A stretch of 49,899 nucleotides of DNA from Nitrospiraceae bacterium (lineage in GTDB: Bacteria > Nitrospirota > Nitrospiria > Nitrospirales > Nitrospiraceae). Within the stretch, counting starts at the first letter, position 1. Each line of letters starts with the position of its first letter. The stretch spans positions 1-49,899 of the forward strand of contig DASTLA010000004.1 of NCBI GenBank assembly GCA_035715525.1. The letters run 5' to 3'. The translations under genes were made by a program, and so were the position numbers. Below, one piece after another: positions 1-8,526 of the stretch. The notes beneath the pieces were generated by a model. That model was not told where the DNA came from. It saw only the letters and a list, made by a program, of their open reading frames with translations, and searched no databases.

Positions 1-885
1 AGCGGTGAGAGCGGCACGGGGAAAGAATTGATGGCCCGCTATATCCATGCCCGGAGCCCTCGTGCCCATCGCCCGTTCGTTGCCTTGAACTGCGCAGCGC
101 TGCCGGACAGCCTCTTAGAAAGTGAGTTGTTCGGACACGAACGCGGCGCGTTCACGGGCGCCATCCAGCGAAAACTCGGCAAATTCGAAATGGCGCATAC
201 AGGTACGCTGTTTCTCGACGAAATCAGCGAGATGAATCTGGGCCTCCAGGCCAAATTGTTGCGGGTTCTTCAGGAGCGGGAAGTCGATCGGATCGGCGGG
301 CGCGAGCCGGTGCCGGTCAACATCCGGGTTATCGCCACTACCAATCGGTCGCTGTATCACGAAGTCACCCAGGGACGATTCAGAGAAGATCTTTTTTATC
401 GCCTGAACGTGTTCCCGGTCACGGTTCCTCCCTTACGGGAGCGCACGGGGGATATTCCATTGTTGGCGCGACATTTTCTTAGAGCGTCGGCGGTACGGAA
501 CGGGCTGACAGCCCCTTCCCTGTCCGAGCGTGCGATTCGGGATCTTCAAGGTCGCCCTTGGAAGGGCAACGTCCGCGAATTGGAAAATGTTATGGAGCGC
601 GCGATTCTCGTGGCGTCCGGCGGAGTCGTGGATGTGGAGCACCTGTTGGCAGGAGACGGCACGGTCGCGGCGAAAGAGCCGGAAGCGGTCGTGTCGCCCG
701 CCCTTCCGAGCACGCACGGATCCCTGTGGGAAATGGAGCGAGACCTGATCTTCAAGACGCTCGCACGGGTAAAAGAAAATCGAACCCACGCCGCCAAAGA
801 GTTGGGAATCAGCATCCGGACATTGAGAAACAAGCTTCGGGAATATCGGGATATGGGTTATCAGGTGACGGCGGACAAGGCGTAA
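1..885 (+). CDS. sigma-54-dependent Fis-family transcriptional activator (enhancer-binding protein), 5'-truncated by the window edge
   Basis: Frame 1 is open from base 1 ([10 protein letters not shown] Walker A). It has the GAFTGA sigma-54 contact motif ([15 protein letters not shown]), an AAA+ core and a C-terminal Fis-type HTH ([20 protein letters not shown]). It sits directly upstream of flgB. Confidence 0.9.
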   Translation, partial: SGESGTGKELMARYIHARSPRAHRPFVALNCAALPDSLLESELFGHERGAFTGAIQRKLGKFEMAHTGTLFLDEISEMNLGLQAKLLRVLQEREVDRIGGREPVPVNIRVIATTNRSLYHEVTQGRFREDLFYRLNVFPVTVPPLRERTGDIPLLARHFLRASAVRNGLTAPSLSERAIRDLQGRPWKGNVRELENVMERAILVASGGVVDVEHLLAGDGTVAAKEPEAVVSPALPSTHGSLWEMERDLIFKTLARVKENRTHAAKELGISIRTLRNKLREYRDMGYQVTADKA

Positions 886-987
886 GGAGCAGGCCGCCGG
901 GAAGTTCTTACCGATCAAGAGCAAGATTTGCCGACGGGACGGTATTGCCCCACAGGCATCGGGTGATGAGGTACGGTTGCGGCAAGA

Positions 988-1003
988 CGGTATGACGATT
1001 GCA
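988..1003 (+). promoter_or_regulatory. candidate sigma-54 (-24/-12) promoter upstream of flgB
   Basis: CGGTAT-gacga-TTGCA compared with the consensus TGGCAC-N5-TTGCA. The GG and GC dinucleotides have correct spacing, and the site lies about 50 nt upstream of the flgB ATG. Confidence 0.5.
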
Positions 1004-1053
1004 GCCTTAGTTACGAGCCCCACGCAAGGATGAGGCAGAACGGAGGTTCGCTG

Positions 1054-1461
1054 ATGACGATTATCGACAAGACGATGCAGTTGCTGCAACGTTCGCTGGA
1101 TCTCCGGGGCGCACGCCAGCAGATCATTGCTGCGAACATCGCCAATGAAGAAACGCCTCGGTACCGCGCGAGCGATCTCAATTTCGGGCAAGCCTTGGCA
1201 TCGGCGCAACGGGGGAATGTGCCCATCACCTTGGCTTCAACCCATCACAGTCATTTCGGACCCAAGGGCACCGGAGTGCAGCGGGTGTCGGGAAAGATAG
1301 AAGAGGTCCCGGCCGGCGATCTCCCCCTCGACGCCAATACCGTCAATATAGAGTTGGAAATGGCGAAGATGTCGGATAACGCAATGCAGTACAACACCGC
1401 CGCCACGATCCTCGGAATGCGTTTTCGTCAGTTGTTGGCGGCCATCCGGGAGGGGCGGTAA
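1054..1461 (+). CDS. flgB: flagellar basal-body rod protein FlgB
   Basis: N-terminal rod motif (LDLRGARQQIIAANIANEETPRY). GGAGG lies 7 nt upstream of ATG 1054, so the track ORF start at 1030 is probably a 5' over-extension. Confidence 0.9.
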   Translation: MTIIDKTMQLLQRSLDLRGARQQIIAANIANEETPRYRASDLNFGQALASAQRGNVPITLASTHHSHFGPKGTGVQRVSGKIEEVPAGDLPLDANTVNIELEMAKMSDNAMQYNTAATILGMRFRQLLAAIREGR

Positions 1462-1498
1462 CGCTCCGGCAATCGAAGACTTAACGGTGAGGTGACCC

Positions 1499-1948
1499 AT
1501 GGATTTCAGTGATAGTTTGGCGGCGTCGGTGTCCGCGCTGGATGCGCAGCGGCATCGCCTCAACGTCATCGCGAGCAACTTGGCCAATGCGCAGTCTACC
1601 AGGACCAGCAGCGGGGGACCGTATCGGCGCCGTGATGTGGTGTTCCAGTCCGCTCCAATCGGAACGGCGTTTCAACGGGCGTTCAAGCAGGTGGCTGGCA
1701 CGCCCGGGGCGCGTGTCTTAGATGGCGTCAAAGTGGCGAGGGTGATCGAGGATCCGAAACCGGGGCAGGTTTTGTATGACCCCCGCCATCCCGATGCGGA
1801 CAAAAACGGCTACGTCAAGATGCCGAATGTGAATGTCATGGAAGAGATGGTGAACATGATCGGCGCCTCACGCGCCTATGAAGCCAATGTGCAGGCCATC
1901 AACGCCACGCGCACGATGTGGAATCGGGCGCTGGAGATCGGGAAATAG
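1499..1948 (+). CDS. flgC: flagellar basal-body rod protein FlgC
   Basis: SALDAQRHRLNVIASNLANAQSTRT at the N-terminus and MVNMIGASRAYEANVQAINATRTMW at the C-terminus. Position after flgB. Confidence 0.93.
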   Translation: MDFSDSLAASVSALDAQRHRLNVIASNLANAQSTRTSSGGPYRRRDVVFQSAPIGTAFQRAFKQVAGTPGARVLDGVKVARVIEDPKPGQVLYDPRHPDADKNGYVKMPNVNVMEEMVNMIGASRAYEANVQAINATRTMWNRALEIGK

Positions 1949-1950
1949 CC

Positions 1951-2265
1951 ATGACGGACCTTCGCTTGAACGGTGTGAACCTCCCCCGGCCGACCGAGAT
2001 GTCGGAAATTCAAGCCCCGGGGTCAACCTCGGAGTCGGGGGCCACCTCACAATTCATGGGTTCGCTGAAGGACGCCATCAGTTCGATCAATGAGGCGCAG
2101 ACCGGTGCCAGCAAAGCGGTGGAAGAACTCGTCACGGGTCAGTCGCAGAACATCCACCAGACGATGGTGGCGTTGCAACAGGCCGACGTGTCGTTTCAAC
2201 TCATGATGCAGGTACGGAACAAATTGATCTCGGCGTACGAGGAAATCCAGCGCATGCAAGTCTGA
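1951..2265 (+). CDS. fliE: flagellar hook-basal body complex protein FliE
   Basis: C-terminal FliE signature (NIHQTMVALQQADVSFQLMMQVRNKLISAYEEIQRMQV). ATG 1951 follows the flgC stop, and the track start at 1918 overlaps flgC. Confidence 0.88.
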   Translation: MTDLRLNGVNLPRPTEMSEIQAPGSTSESGATSQFMGSLKDAISSINEAQTGASKAVEELVTGQSQNIHQTMVALQQADVSFQLMMQVRNKLISAYEEIQRMQV

Positions 2266-2308
2266 GCATTCCATGGGAGAGGATACGGAGTAGAGGATTC
2301 TTCGCGCT

Positions 2309-3865
2309 ATGCTGCCCAATTTCAGCCAATTCACGATCAGTCAGCGGTTCATCATTCTCGTCGCACTGGCGGGCTCCGTGGCCGGCCTGATTGCGGTGGC
2401 TCTCTGGACCCAACAGCCGGACATGCAGGTGCTGTTTGCCAACCTGGCGACGGACGACGCGGCCGCCATCATCGACAAGTTGAAGGACGGCAAGGTGCCG
2501 TACGAAACGTCGAACGGCGGTACGACCATTCTGGTTCCCAATGCGCAGGTGCATGATTTGAGGCTCGAACTGGCCGGGCAAGGTCTGCCTCACGGTGGTG
2601 GTGTAGGGTACGAAATTTTCGATCGCTCGACCCTGGGGATGTCGGATTTCGTTCAGAAGCTGAATTACCGACGTGCCTTGCAGGGAGAATTGGCCCGGAC
2701 CATTGCGCAGATGCCGGAAGTCGATCGGGCACGCGTCCATTTGGCGATACCGGAACGCAAATTGTTCGCGACGGAGCAGGACCGGCCTCGTGCCTCCGTC
2801 GTGGTCTCGCTTCGAGCGAGCCAAGCGCTTAGCCGGGCGCAAGTGCAAGGGGTCGTCCACCTGGTGTCCAGCAGCGTGGAGGGACTGATGGCGAAGGACG
2901 TGACGGTGGTCGACGGGCACGGGAATTTGTTGTCCAACGTCGCGAGCGACGACTCGGCCGGTCTGTCGGGGACGCAGCTGGAATACCAGCGCACCCTCGA
3001 AAAAGACATTGAAGCGCGTATCCAGACGATGCTCGAAAAGATCGTCGGCGTCAACAAGGCCGTCGTTCGCGTATCCAGCGTGCTCGATTTCCGCAAAGTG
3101 GAAACGACGGAAGAACGATTTGATCCGAACGGGCAAGTGGTGCGCAGCGAACAGCGGGGGCAGGAAAAAGCGAGCGGCGTGAACGGTATGTCCGGGGGGG
3201 TGCCTGGCGTGGAATCGAACGTGCCGGGCGGCAACGATGCCGAGGCCTCTCAGACCAGCTCCAGCAGCAACCAGACGAAAAACGAAACCGTGAATTACGA
3301 GATCAGCCGCACTGTATCTCGAATCGTCGAACCTATCGGAACGATCAAGAAGCTGTCCGTCGCGGTGTTGGTGGACGGCACCTATGAGGCCGTGAAGGCT
3401 GTGGACGGGTCGGCGGAGTCTCCGAAGAAGTACGTCCCACGCGCAGAAGAAGAAATGAAGAGGATCGAGGATATCGTCAAGAAGGCAATGGGATATTCCT
3501 CGGAACGACAGGATCAGGTGGAAGTAGTGAACGTCCAATTCGGATTCGCATCCGAAGAGCCGGCGGGCGCTGGTGTCGAATCCGCGCCGGATCCGACGAA
3601 GATGTGGATGCCCTATATCCGTTACGCCGTCGGCGGGGTCTTATTCCTGCTGATTTTGTTCATGGTCGTTCGGCCGCTGATGGGCATGCTCGCGGCTTCC
3701 GGCCCGGCGGCCATGCAAGCCGAGACGCCGGCCTTGCCGGCGTCGGTCGGACAAGTCGAGGCGGCCATCGTTGCCAAGCAGCCTGCCCAGGTTTTGGAAA
3801 TGGCCAAGAATAATCCCGCCAACACCGCCGTCGTCGTCAAGCAGTGGTTGAAGGGCAACGCGTGA
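2309..3865 (+). CDS. fliF: flagellar MS-ring protein FliF
   Basis: 518 aa with an N-terminal TM segment, the conserved LNYRRALQGELARTI block and a C-terminal TM segment. Position between fliE and fliG. Confidence 0.92.
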   Translation: MLPNFSQFTISQRFIILVALAGSVAGLIAVALWTQQPDMQVLFANLATDDAAAIIDKLKDGKVPYETSNGGTTILVPNAQVHDLRLELAGQGLPHGGGVGYEIFDRSTLGMSDFVQKLNYRRALQGELARTIAQMPEVDRARVHLAIPERKLFATEQDRPRASVVVSLRASQALSRAQVQGVVHLVSSSVEGLMAKDVTVVDGHGNLLSNVASDDSAGLSGTQLEYQRTLEKDIEARIQTMLEKIVGVNKAVVRVSSVLDFRKVETTEERFDPNGQVVRSEQRGQEKASGVNGMSGGVPGVESNVPGGNDAEASQTSSSSNQTKNETVNYEISRTVSRIVEPIGTIKKLSVAVLVDGTYEAVKAVDGSAESPKKYVPRAEEEMKRIEDIVKKAMGYSSERQDQVEVVNVQFGFASEEPAGAGVESAPDPTKMWMPYIRYAVGGVLFLLILFMVVRPLMGMLAASGPAAMQAETPALPASVGQVEAAIVAKQPAQVLEMAKNNPANTAVVVKQWLKGNA

Positions 3866-3878
3866 GGCGGTCTCCGTC

Positions 3879-4874
3879 ATGCCGAAGCAACTGACCGGTG
3901 AGCAAAAGGCGGCGATCCTGCTGCGCGCGATCGGGGAAGAGGCGGCGGCGGCGGTGATGAAATCGCTCGATCCGCGCGATATCCGCAAGCTGGGCACGTA
4001 TATGCGCGATACAGCCAATATCACCAAAGACGAAGAGGACAGCGTCATCGCCGAGTTCGAAAAGGCCAGCGCATCAGGGGAAGTGGCCTTCGAAGGGAAA
4101 GAATTCATGAAGGCGATTCTCGTCAAGGCTCTTGGCCCGGAAAAGGCCACGCGCATGCTGGATTCCTTGAACACCAAGACCTATCCCGGAATCGATTCGT
4201 TGAAATGGGTCGATGCGCGCACGGTGGTGCAGTTGCTGAGGGTGGAGCATCCGCAAACGATTGCCGTATGCCTGGCGCAGATGGAGGCCGAGCAAGCCGG
4301 CCCTGTGCTCGGCATGCTCCCCGAGAACCTCCGCAACGACGTGGCCCTCCGATTGGCGACCATGCAGGAAGTCCAACCGGAGGTGCTCACGGAGCTCAGC
4401 GAGAGTCTGCAGGAAGTGTTGGCGGCCACCACCGGTTCTTCCAGCATGACGGTCGGCGGCCCTGAACTGATGGCCGAGATCCTGACTCGCATGGACAAGA
4501 ATACCGAGGGCACCATCATGGCCAAGATCACAGAACGAGATCAGGCCTTGGCGGACAGCATCCGCGCCTTGATGTTCGTGTTCGACGACCTGGTGAAGCT
4601 CGAAGACCGCGCCATGCAAGAGGTGATGAAAGAGATCAGCAAGGAAGACCTGCCCATCGCGTTACGAGGCTCCGCGCCGGAAGTCAAAGACAAGTTCCTC
4701 AAGAACATGTCGAGCCGCGCAGCCGAAATGTTGAAGGAAGACATGGAGACCCGCGGGCCGGTCAAAGTCGCGGACGTGGAACGGGCACAGCAGAATATCC
4801 TCAAAGTCTGTCGCAAATTGGAAGAAGAAGGCCGGATTGTCATCGCAGGATCGGGCGGAGAGGAGATGCTGTAA
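3879..4874 (+). CDS. fliG: flagellar motor switch protein FliG
   Basis: 331 aa with EHPQTIAVCLAQM and MFVFDDLVKL motifs and a C-terminal torque-helix region. Confidence 0.93.
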   Translation: MPKQLTGEQKAAILLRAIGEEAAAAVMKSLDPRDIRKLGTYMRDTANITKDEEDSVIAEFEKASASGEVAFEGKEFMKAILVKALGPEKATRMLDSLNTKTYPGIDSLKWVDARTVVQLLRVEHPQTIAVCLAQMEAEQAGPVLGMLPENLRNDVALRLATMQEVQPEVLTELSESLQEVLAATTGSSSMTVGGPELMAEILTRMDKNTEGTIMAKITERDQALADSIRALMFVFDDLVKLEDRAMQEVMKEISKEDLPIALRGSAPEVKDKFLKNMSSRAAEMLKEDMETRGPVKVADVERAQQNILKVCRKLEEEGRIVIAGSGGEEML

Positions 4875-5927
4875 ATGGCTGGAGCGCCGGCCGGATTCCA
4901 GCCCCACCGCGCACTGTCCGGCTTACCGGAAAAAGAGCTGGCGCCTCGCGCCATCCTCGTGGTCGACGACGAGCTTCCGATCCGCGACCTGCTGGCGGAA
5001 ATGTTGCGCGGCGACGGCCACTGCGTCCTGACGGCCAGCAATGCCGAGGAAGCGCTTGCGCGACTCCGCAGCCAGCCCGTCGCCATCCTGATTACCGACG
5101 TGCAGCTGCCCGGCACCGATGGAATTACGGTGCTGCAGCAGGCACTCGACTACGATCCGAGGCTGCTGGGCATCGTCATGACGGGATACGGCAACGTGGA
5201 AACCGCCGTGCGGGCGATGAAAGCCGGCGCCGCGGACTTTTTGGCCAAGCCATTTCAGCAGGATCTCGTGCAGCTGACGGTGACGCGGCTGCTGGAACTC
5301 TATCGGTTGCGGCAGGAGAACACGGTGCTCAAGAACACCCTGATTCGTTCCGGCAATATTCGTTTGCGCACCGTGCCGCTGGCCGACTTCGCGCGGGGCA
5401 ATAGTCCGGTCGGGGAGGACGGCTTGACGGATTTCGAGAGAGGGGCAGCCGAGGGAGAGCGAAAGGTCATGGAACGGATTGCGGTTCAGCGCCAGCGCGA
5501 GCAGGCAATGGTGAATGCCGTGGTCATGAAGTTGGAAGAGACGTGGCGCGGGTTGTCCGATACCGTGGAGGAAGAAGTCGCCGCGCTGTCGTTTATGATC
5601 GCCCAAAAGGTGGTGCGCGACGCCGTCGCGGACAAGCGCGAACTCATCGTCGCGCAGGTGAAGGCGGCCTTGGGACACTTACACGAAAGCGGATTGGTTC
5701 GTATACGGGTTCATCCGTCGGACGTACCCTATTTGGAAGCCGCCCGGACATCGTTGAGCCAAACGCCGCATGGACTCTTGACGGTCAAATTGGAAAGCGA
5801 TGCCGGGATAACCCCCGGCGGGTGCATGGTGCAGACCGCGAGTCTGCTGATCGATGCGACGTTGGACAGCCAGCTGTTTCGCCTAGGAGAAGCGTTGCGA
5901 AAGCGAGAAACCGGTGAAGCTGCGTGA
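4875..5927 (+). CDS. fliH: response-regulator receiver domain fused to flagellar export protein FliH
   Basis: The N-terminal part has the REC hallmarks: VVDDE, ILITDVQLPGTDG, VMTGYG and LAKPF. An NtrC-like LRQENTVLKN linker follows. The C-terminal part is FliH-like (IAQKVVRD...RIRVHPSDV...GGCMVQT...IDATLDSQL). It occupies the fliG-fliI slot and overlaps fliI by 14 nt. Confidence 0.8.
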   Translation: MAGAPAGFQPHRALSGLPEKELAPRAILVVDDELPIRDLLAEMLRGDGHCVLTASNAEEALARLRSQPVAILITDVQLPGTDGITVLQQALDYDPRLLGIVMTGYGNVETAVRAMKAGAADFLAKPFQQDLVQLTVTRLLELYRLRQENTVLKNTLIRSGNIRLRTVPLADFARGNSPVGEDGLTDFERGAAEGERKVMERIAVQRQREQAMVNAVVMKLEETWRGLSDTVEEEVAALSFMIAQKVVRDAVADKRELIVAQVKAALGHLHESGLVRIRVHPSDVPYLEAARTSLSQTPHGLLTVKLESDAGITPGGCMVQTASLLIDATLDSQLFRLGEALRKRETGEAA

Positions 5928-7221
5928 ACGACTCGAGCAGGCCGAGCCGCTGGCGGTCACCGGACGGGTGGCGCAGGCGGTCGGCATCGTCATCGAGGCG
6001 TCGGGTCCATTTACGTCCGTGGGCGAGATCTGCGAAATCACCCGTGAGGACGGACAAGGTACGGTCATGGCCGAGGTGATGGGGTTCCGGGAGGACCGCG
6101 TGCTCCTTATGCCACTCGGCGAAATGCAGGGAATCGGGCCGGGCAGCCGGGTGGTCATGAAAGGCCATGCTGCCTCCGTCGCGGTCGGTCCGCAGCTGCT
6201 GGGACGCATTCTCGATGGACTCGGCCAGCCGCTGGACGGCCTTCCTCCGCTGCGGTCGGAGCTGCGCTATCCCTTGCACGCCGTTCCGCTGAATCCGCTT
6301 CACAGAAGCCGGATCACGCAGCCGATCGATCTCGGCATTCGGTCCGTCAACGCCCTGTTGACCTGCGGGCAGGGACAGAAGATCGGCGTGTTCGCCGGAT
6401 CGGGCGTCGGGAAGAGCGTGTTGTTGGGCATGATCAGCCGTTACACCCGGGCCGATGTGAGAGTCATTGCTCTCGTCGGGGAGCGAGGGCGCGAGGTGAA
6501 GGAGTTTTTGGAGCGCGATATGACGCCTGAAACCCGAGAACGCTCCGTGGTCGTCGTAGCGACATCCGACCAGCCGCCGCTGGTGCGAATCCGCGGAGCG
6601 CTGGTGGCGACGGCAATCGCGGAATATTTTCGGGATTGTGGGAAACAGGTGCTGTTGATGATGGATTCGCTGTCGCGGTTGGCCTATAGCCAACGTGAGG
6701 TCGGTTTGGCGATCGGTGAACCCCCCACGACCAAGGGTTATACCCCGTCGGTGTTTGCGGTCCTTCCAAAATTGCTCGAACGCGTCGGGACGGCGCAGAG
6801 CGGAGGGGCGATTACCGGACTCTATACCGTCCTCGTCGACGGGGATGATCTGAACGATCCAGTGGCCGACGCCGTCCGCTCGATTCTGGACGGCCATATC
6901 GTGCTCTCGAGGGAGCTTGCGGCCCGCAACCATTATCCGGCAATCGACATTCTGCAGAGCACGAGTCGCGTCATGCGGGATGTCGTGTCGCCGGCGCATT
7001 ATGCCGCCGCACGCTTGGTGGTGGAACGGAGTGCCCTGTATCGACGCTCCGAAGACCTGATCACGCTCGGAGCCTATAAACCGGGAACGAGCAAGGAACT
7101 CGACAAAGCCGTCTCCGCTCATGACGACATCACCCGCTTCCTGCGTCAGGAAATCCAACAGCCGATTGCCTATGCCAAATCGGTCGAAGAGCTGCTGGCC
7201 TTGGCTCAGAAAATACAATGA
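5914..7221 (+). CDS. fliI: flagellum-specific ATP synthase FliI
   Basis: Walker A AGSGVGKS, Walker B LLMMDSLSR, F1/T3SS ATPase family features. GTG start. Confidence 0.95.
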   Translation: MKLRERLEQAEPLAVTGRVAQAVGIVIEASGPFTSVGEICEITREDGQGTVMAEVMGFREDRVLLMPLGEMQGIGPGSRVVMKGHAASVAVGPQLLGRILDGLGQPLDGLPPLRSELRYPLHAVPLNPLHRSRITQPIDLGIRSVNALLTCGQGQKIGVFAGSGVGKSVLLGMISRYTRADVRVIALVGERGREVKEFLERDMTPETRERSVVVVATSDQPPLVRIRGALVATAIAEYFRDCGKQVLLMMDSLSRLAYSQREVGLAIGEPPTTKGYTPSVFAVLPKLLERVGTAQSGGAITGLYTVLVDGDDLNDPVADAVRSILDGHIVLSRELAARNHYPAIDILQSTSRVMRDVVSPAHYAAARLVVERSALYRRSEDLITLGAYKPGTSKELDKAVSAHDDITRFLRQEIQQPIAYAKSVEELLALAQKIQ

Positions 7222-7643
7222 AATTAGCGGTGCTACGGGCCTATGCCCTGCAGCTGGAGCAGGCGGCAAAATTGGAGCTGGCCGAAGTGGCGCAGGCGCT
7301 GAACGAGACGGACGTGCGGCTGGCTGCGCTGGACCGGCAGGCCGACCTCGGGGCGGATCGGTACGTGGCGCAAGTGCAAGGCGGCACGACGGTCGGCGAT
7401 CTCTATGCGCGACTGGACGAAATGGAGACGATGATCGCGGAAAAGCGGGCGGCAGAGCAGGCTCGAGCTTCTCTCCAAGAGCGGTGGATCTCGAAGAGAG
7501 ATGAGGTTCTCGACGCGTCGCGCTACCGCAAGAAGCTGGACATTCTATATGAGCGGGGCATACGGGAGCAGCGCCGCCGATCCGAGCAAGCGGACCAACG
7601 GTTGATCGACGATCGCACGTGGCGCCGAACGGGAGTGAGCTGA
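7218..7643 (+). CDS. fliJ: flagellar export chaperone-like coiled-coil protein FliJ
   Basis: 141-aa predicted coiled-coil protein with an ATGA overlap with the fliI stop. The call rests on position after fliI, because sequence conservation in this family is weak. Confidence 0.65.
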   Translation: MKLAVLRAYALQLEQAAKLELAEVAQALNETDVRLAALDRQADLGADRYVAQVQGGTTVGDLYARLDEMETMIAEKRAAEQARASLQERWISKRDEVLDASRYRKKLDILYERGIREQRRRSEQADQRLIDDRTWRRTGVS

Positions 7644-8338
7644 TCGTGAGCAGGAGCATCGAGCAAGGCGTGCCGGCGCCATGGGCCTGGCTGGCCTTGC
7701 TCATTCTATGGATCTCGATGCTTGGGGGAGGGTCCGTGGCCGAGTCGGCTGTGACCGAGGCTGCAGAAAAAGACCTTTTGCCTGTCTCCAACGGTCCATC
7801 CAGTTCGGAAGATGCAGGTCCTGCCGCCAAGCAAGGGAAAGCGCATGGCGGGAAGGACATTCACGGCAGCGAGGGATCCGCATCGATTCAAGGGCCTGCC
7901 ACGTCGGTGCCACGAGAAATCCTCGACATGCTGGAACGACGCAGGCGTATGCTCGACAGACGAGAAGCTGCGCTGCGAGGTGCGGAAACGCACTTACTGG
8001 AACTCAAGGCGGAGATCGAGCAGATCCTGACCCGGTTTGAAAAAACCGCCGAGGCGCAGAAAAGACGTCACGAAGCGGCAGCCAAAGCCGAGGCGGATCG
8101 CAAAGCCAGAGAGGGTCGGGATGCCTCGGAACACCGCAACGTGCACCAATCCCAGCTGGCCAAAATCTACGAAGCGATGCCTCCGGAAGAAGCGGCCGTC
8201 CGCTTGGAGCGGATGCCGGAGCGAAAGGCCATCGAGGTGCTTCGCTTGCTCAAAGGTAAATCGGCCGGCGCCATTCTGGCCGTTATCAGGCCGGAGCGAG
8301 CCGCCCATCTCACCGAGCAGTTGTTGAACGTTCCCTGA
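7619..8338 (+). CDS. MotE/YlxF-like flagellar protein with a C-terminal MgtE_N-type domain
   Basis: N-terminal TM or signal segment, a charged coiled coil, and a C-terminal block (IYEAMPPEEAAVRLERMPERKAIEVLRLLKGKSAGAIL). It holds the same slot as ylxF between fliJ and fliK in fla-type operons. The true start may be GTG 7646. Confidence 0.6.
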   Translation: MAPNGSELIVSRSIEQGVPAPWAWLALLILWISMLGGGSVAESAVTEAAEKDLLPVSNGPSSSEDAGPAAKQGKAHGGKDIHGSEGSASIQGPATSVPREILDMLERRRRMLDRREAALRGAETHLLELKAEIEQILTRFEKTAEAQKRRHEAAAKAEADRKAREGRDASEHRNVHQSQLAKIYEAMPPEEAAVRLERMPERKAIEVLRLLKGKSAGAILAVIRPERAAHLTEQLLNVP

Positions 8339-8358
8339 TCACAAGCTCGGTCCGTTTC

Positions 8359-8377
8359 AACGGCAAGAATTGCCGTT
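8359..8377 (+). terminator. stem-loop after the MotE-like gene (possible weak terminator or attenuator)
   Basis: AACGGCAA-gaa-TTGCCGTT forms a perfect 8-bp stem with a 3-nt loop, 21 nt after the stop. There is no U-tract. Confidence 0.3.
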
Positions 8378-8470
8378 CTGTCGCTGCAGAATCTTCCTTT
8401 CCGATTCGGTCCCTCTACATCGTTCCCGTTAAAAAGCGGTCTCACGGAGCAATTTTCCTCTGCAGCGGAG

Positions 8471-8486
8471 TGGCATGCCATTTGTA
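8471..8486 (+). promoter_or_regulatory. weak sigma-54-like element upstream of fliK
   Basis: TGGCAT-gccat-TTGTA. The -24 box is good, but the -12 box has GT instead of the near-invariant GC. It lies about 40 nt upstream of the fliK start. Confidence 0.25.
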
Positions 8487-8526
8487 AAGTGACGCCCTGA
8501 TCTCAACTCTGATCCTGAGAAGCGAC

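Noticed and set aside
5785-7860. 691-aa minus-strand ORF antisense to fliI, fliJ and the MotE-like gene. Similar long antisense ORFs lie at 2201-3538, 16575-18146, 24819-26216 and 10275-11201.
   Set aside because: Their products are Arg/Pro/Gly/His-rich and low in complexity, with no recognisable motifs. They lie exactly opposite strongly conserved flagellar genes. Long stop-free antisense frames are expected in GC-rich coding DNA.
8360-8376. GGCAAGAATTGCC, which superficially resembles sigma-54 GG...TTGC boxes.
   Set aside because: The GG-to-GC spacing is 8 nt instead of 10. The sequence is simply the two arms of the hairpin.
8383-8466. An 8-bp inverted repeat, GCTGCAGA ... TCTGCAGC, separated by 68 nt in the fliK leader.
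   Set aside because: It is short and its CTGCAG core is self-palindromic. Chance occurrence in GC-rich DNA is plausible, and no supporting covariation can be assessed here.
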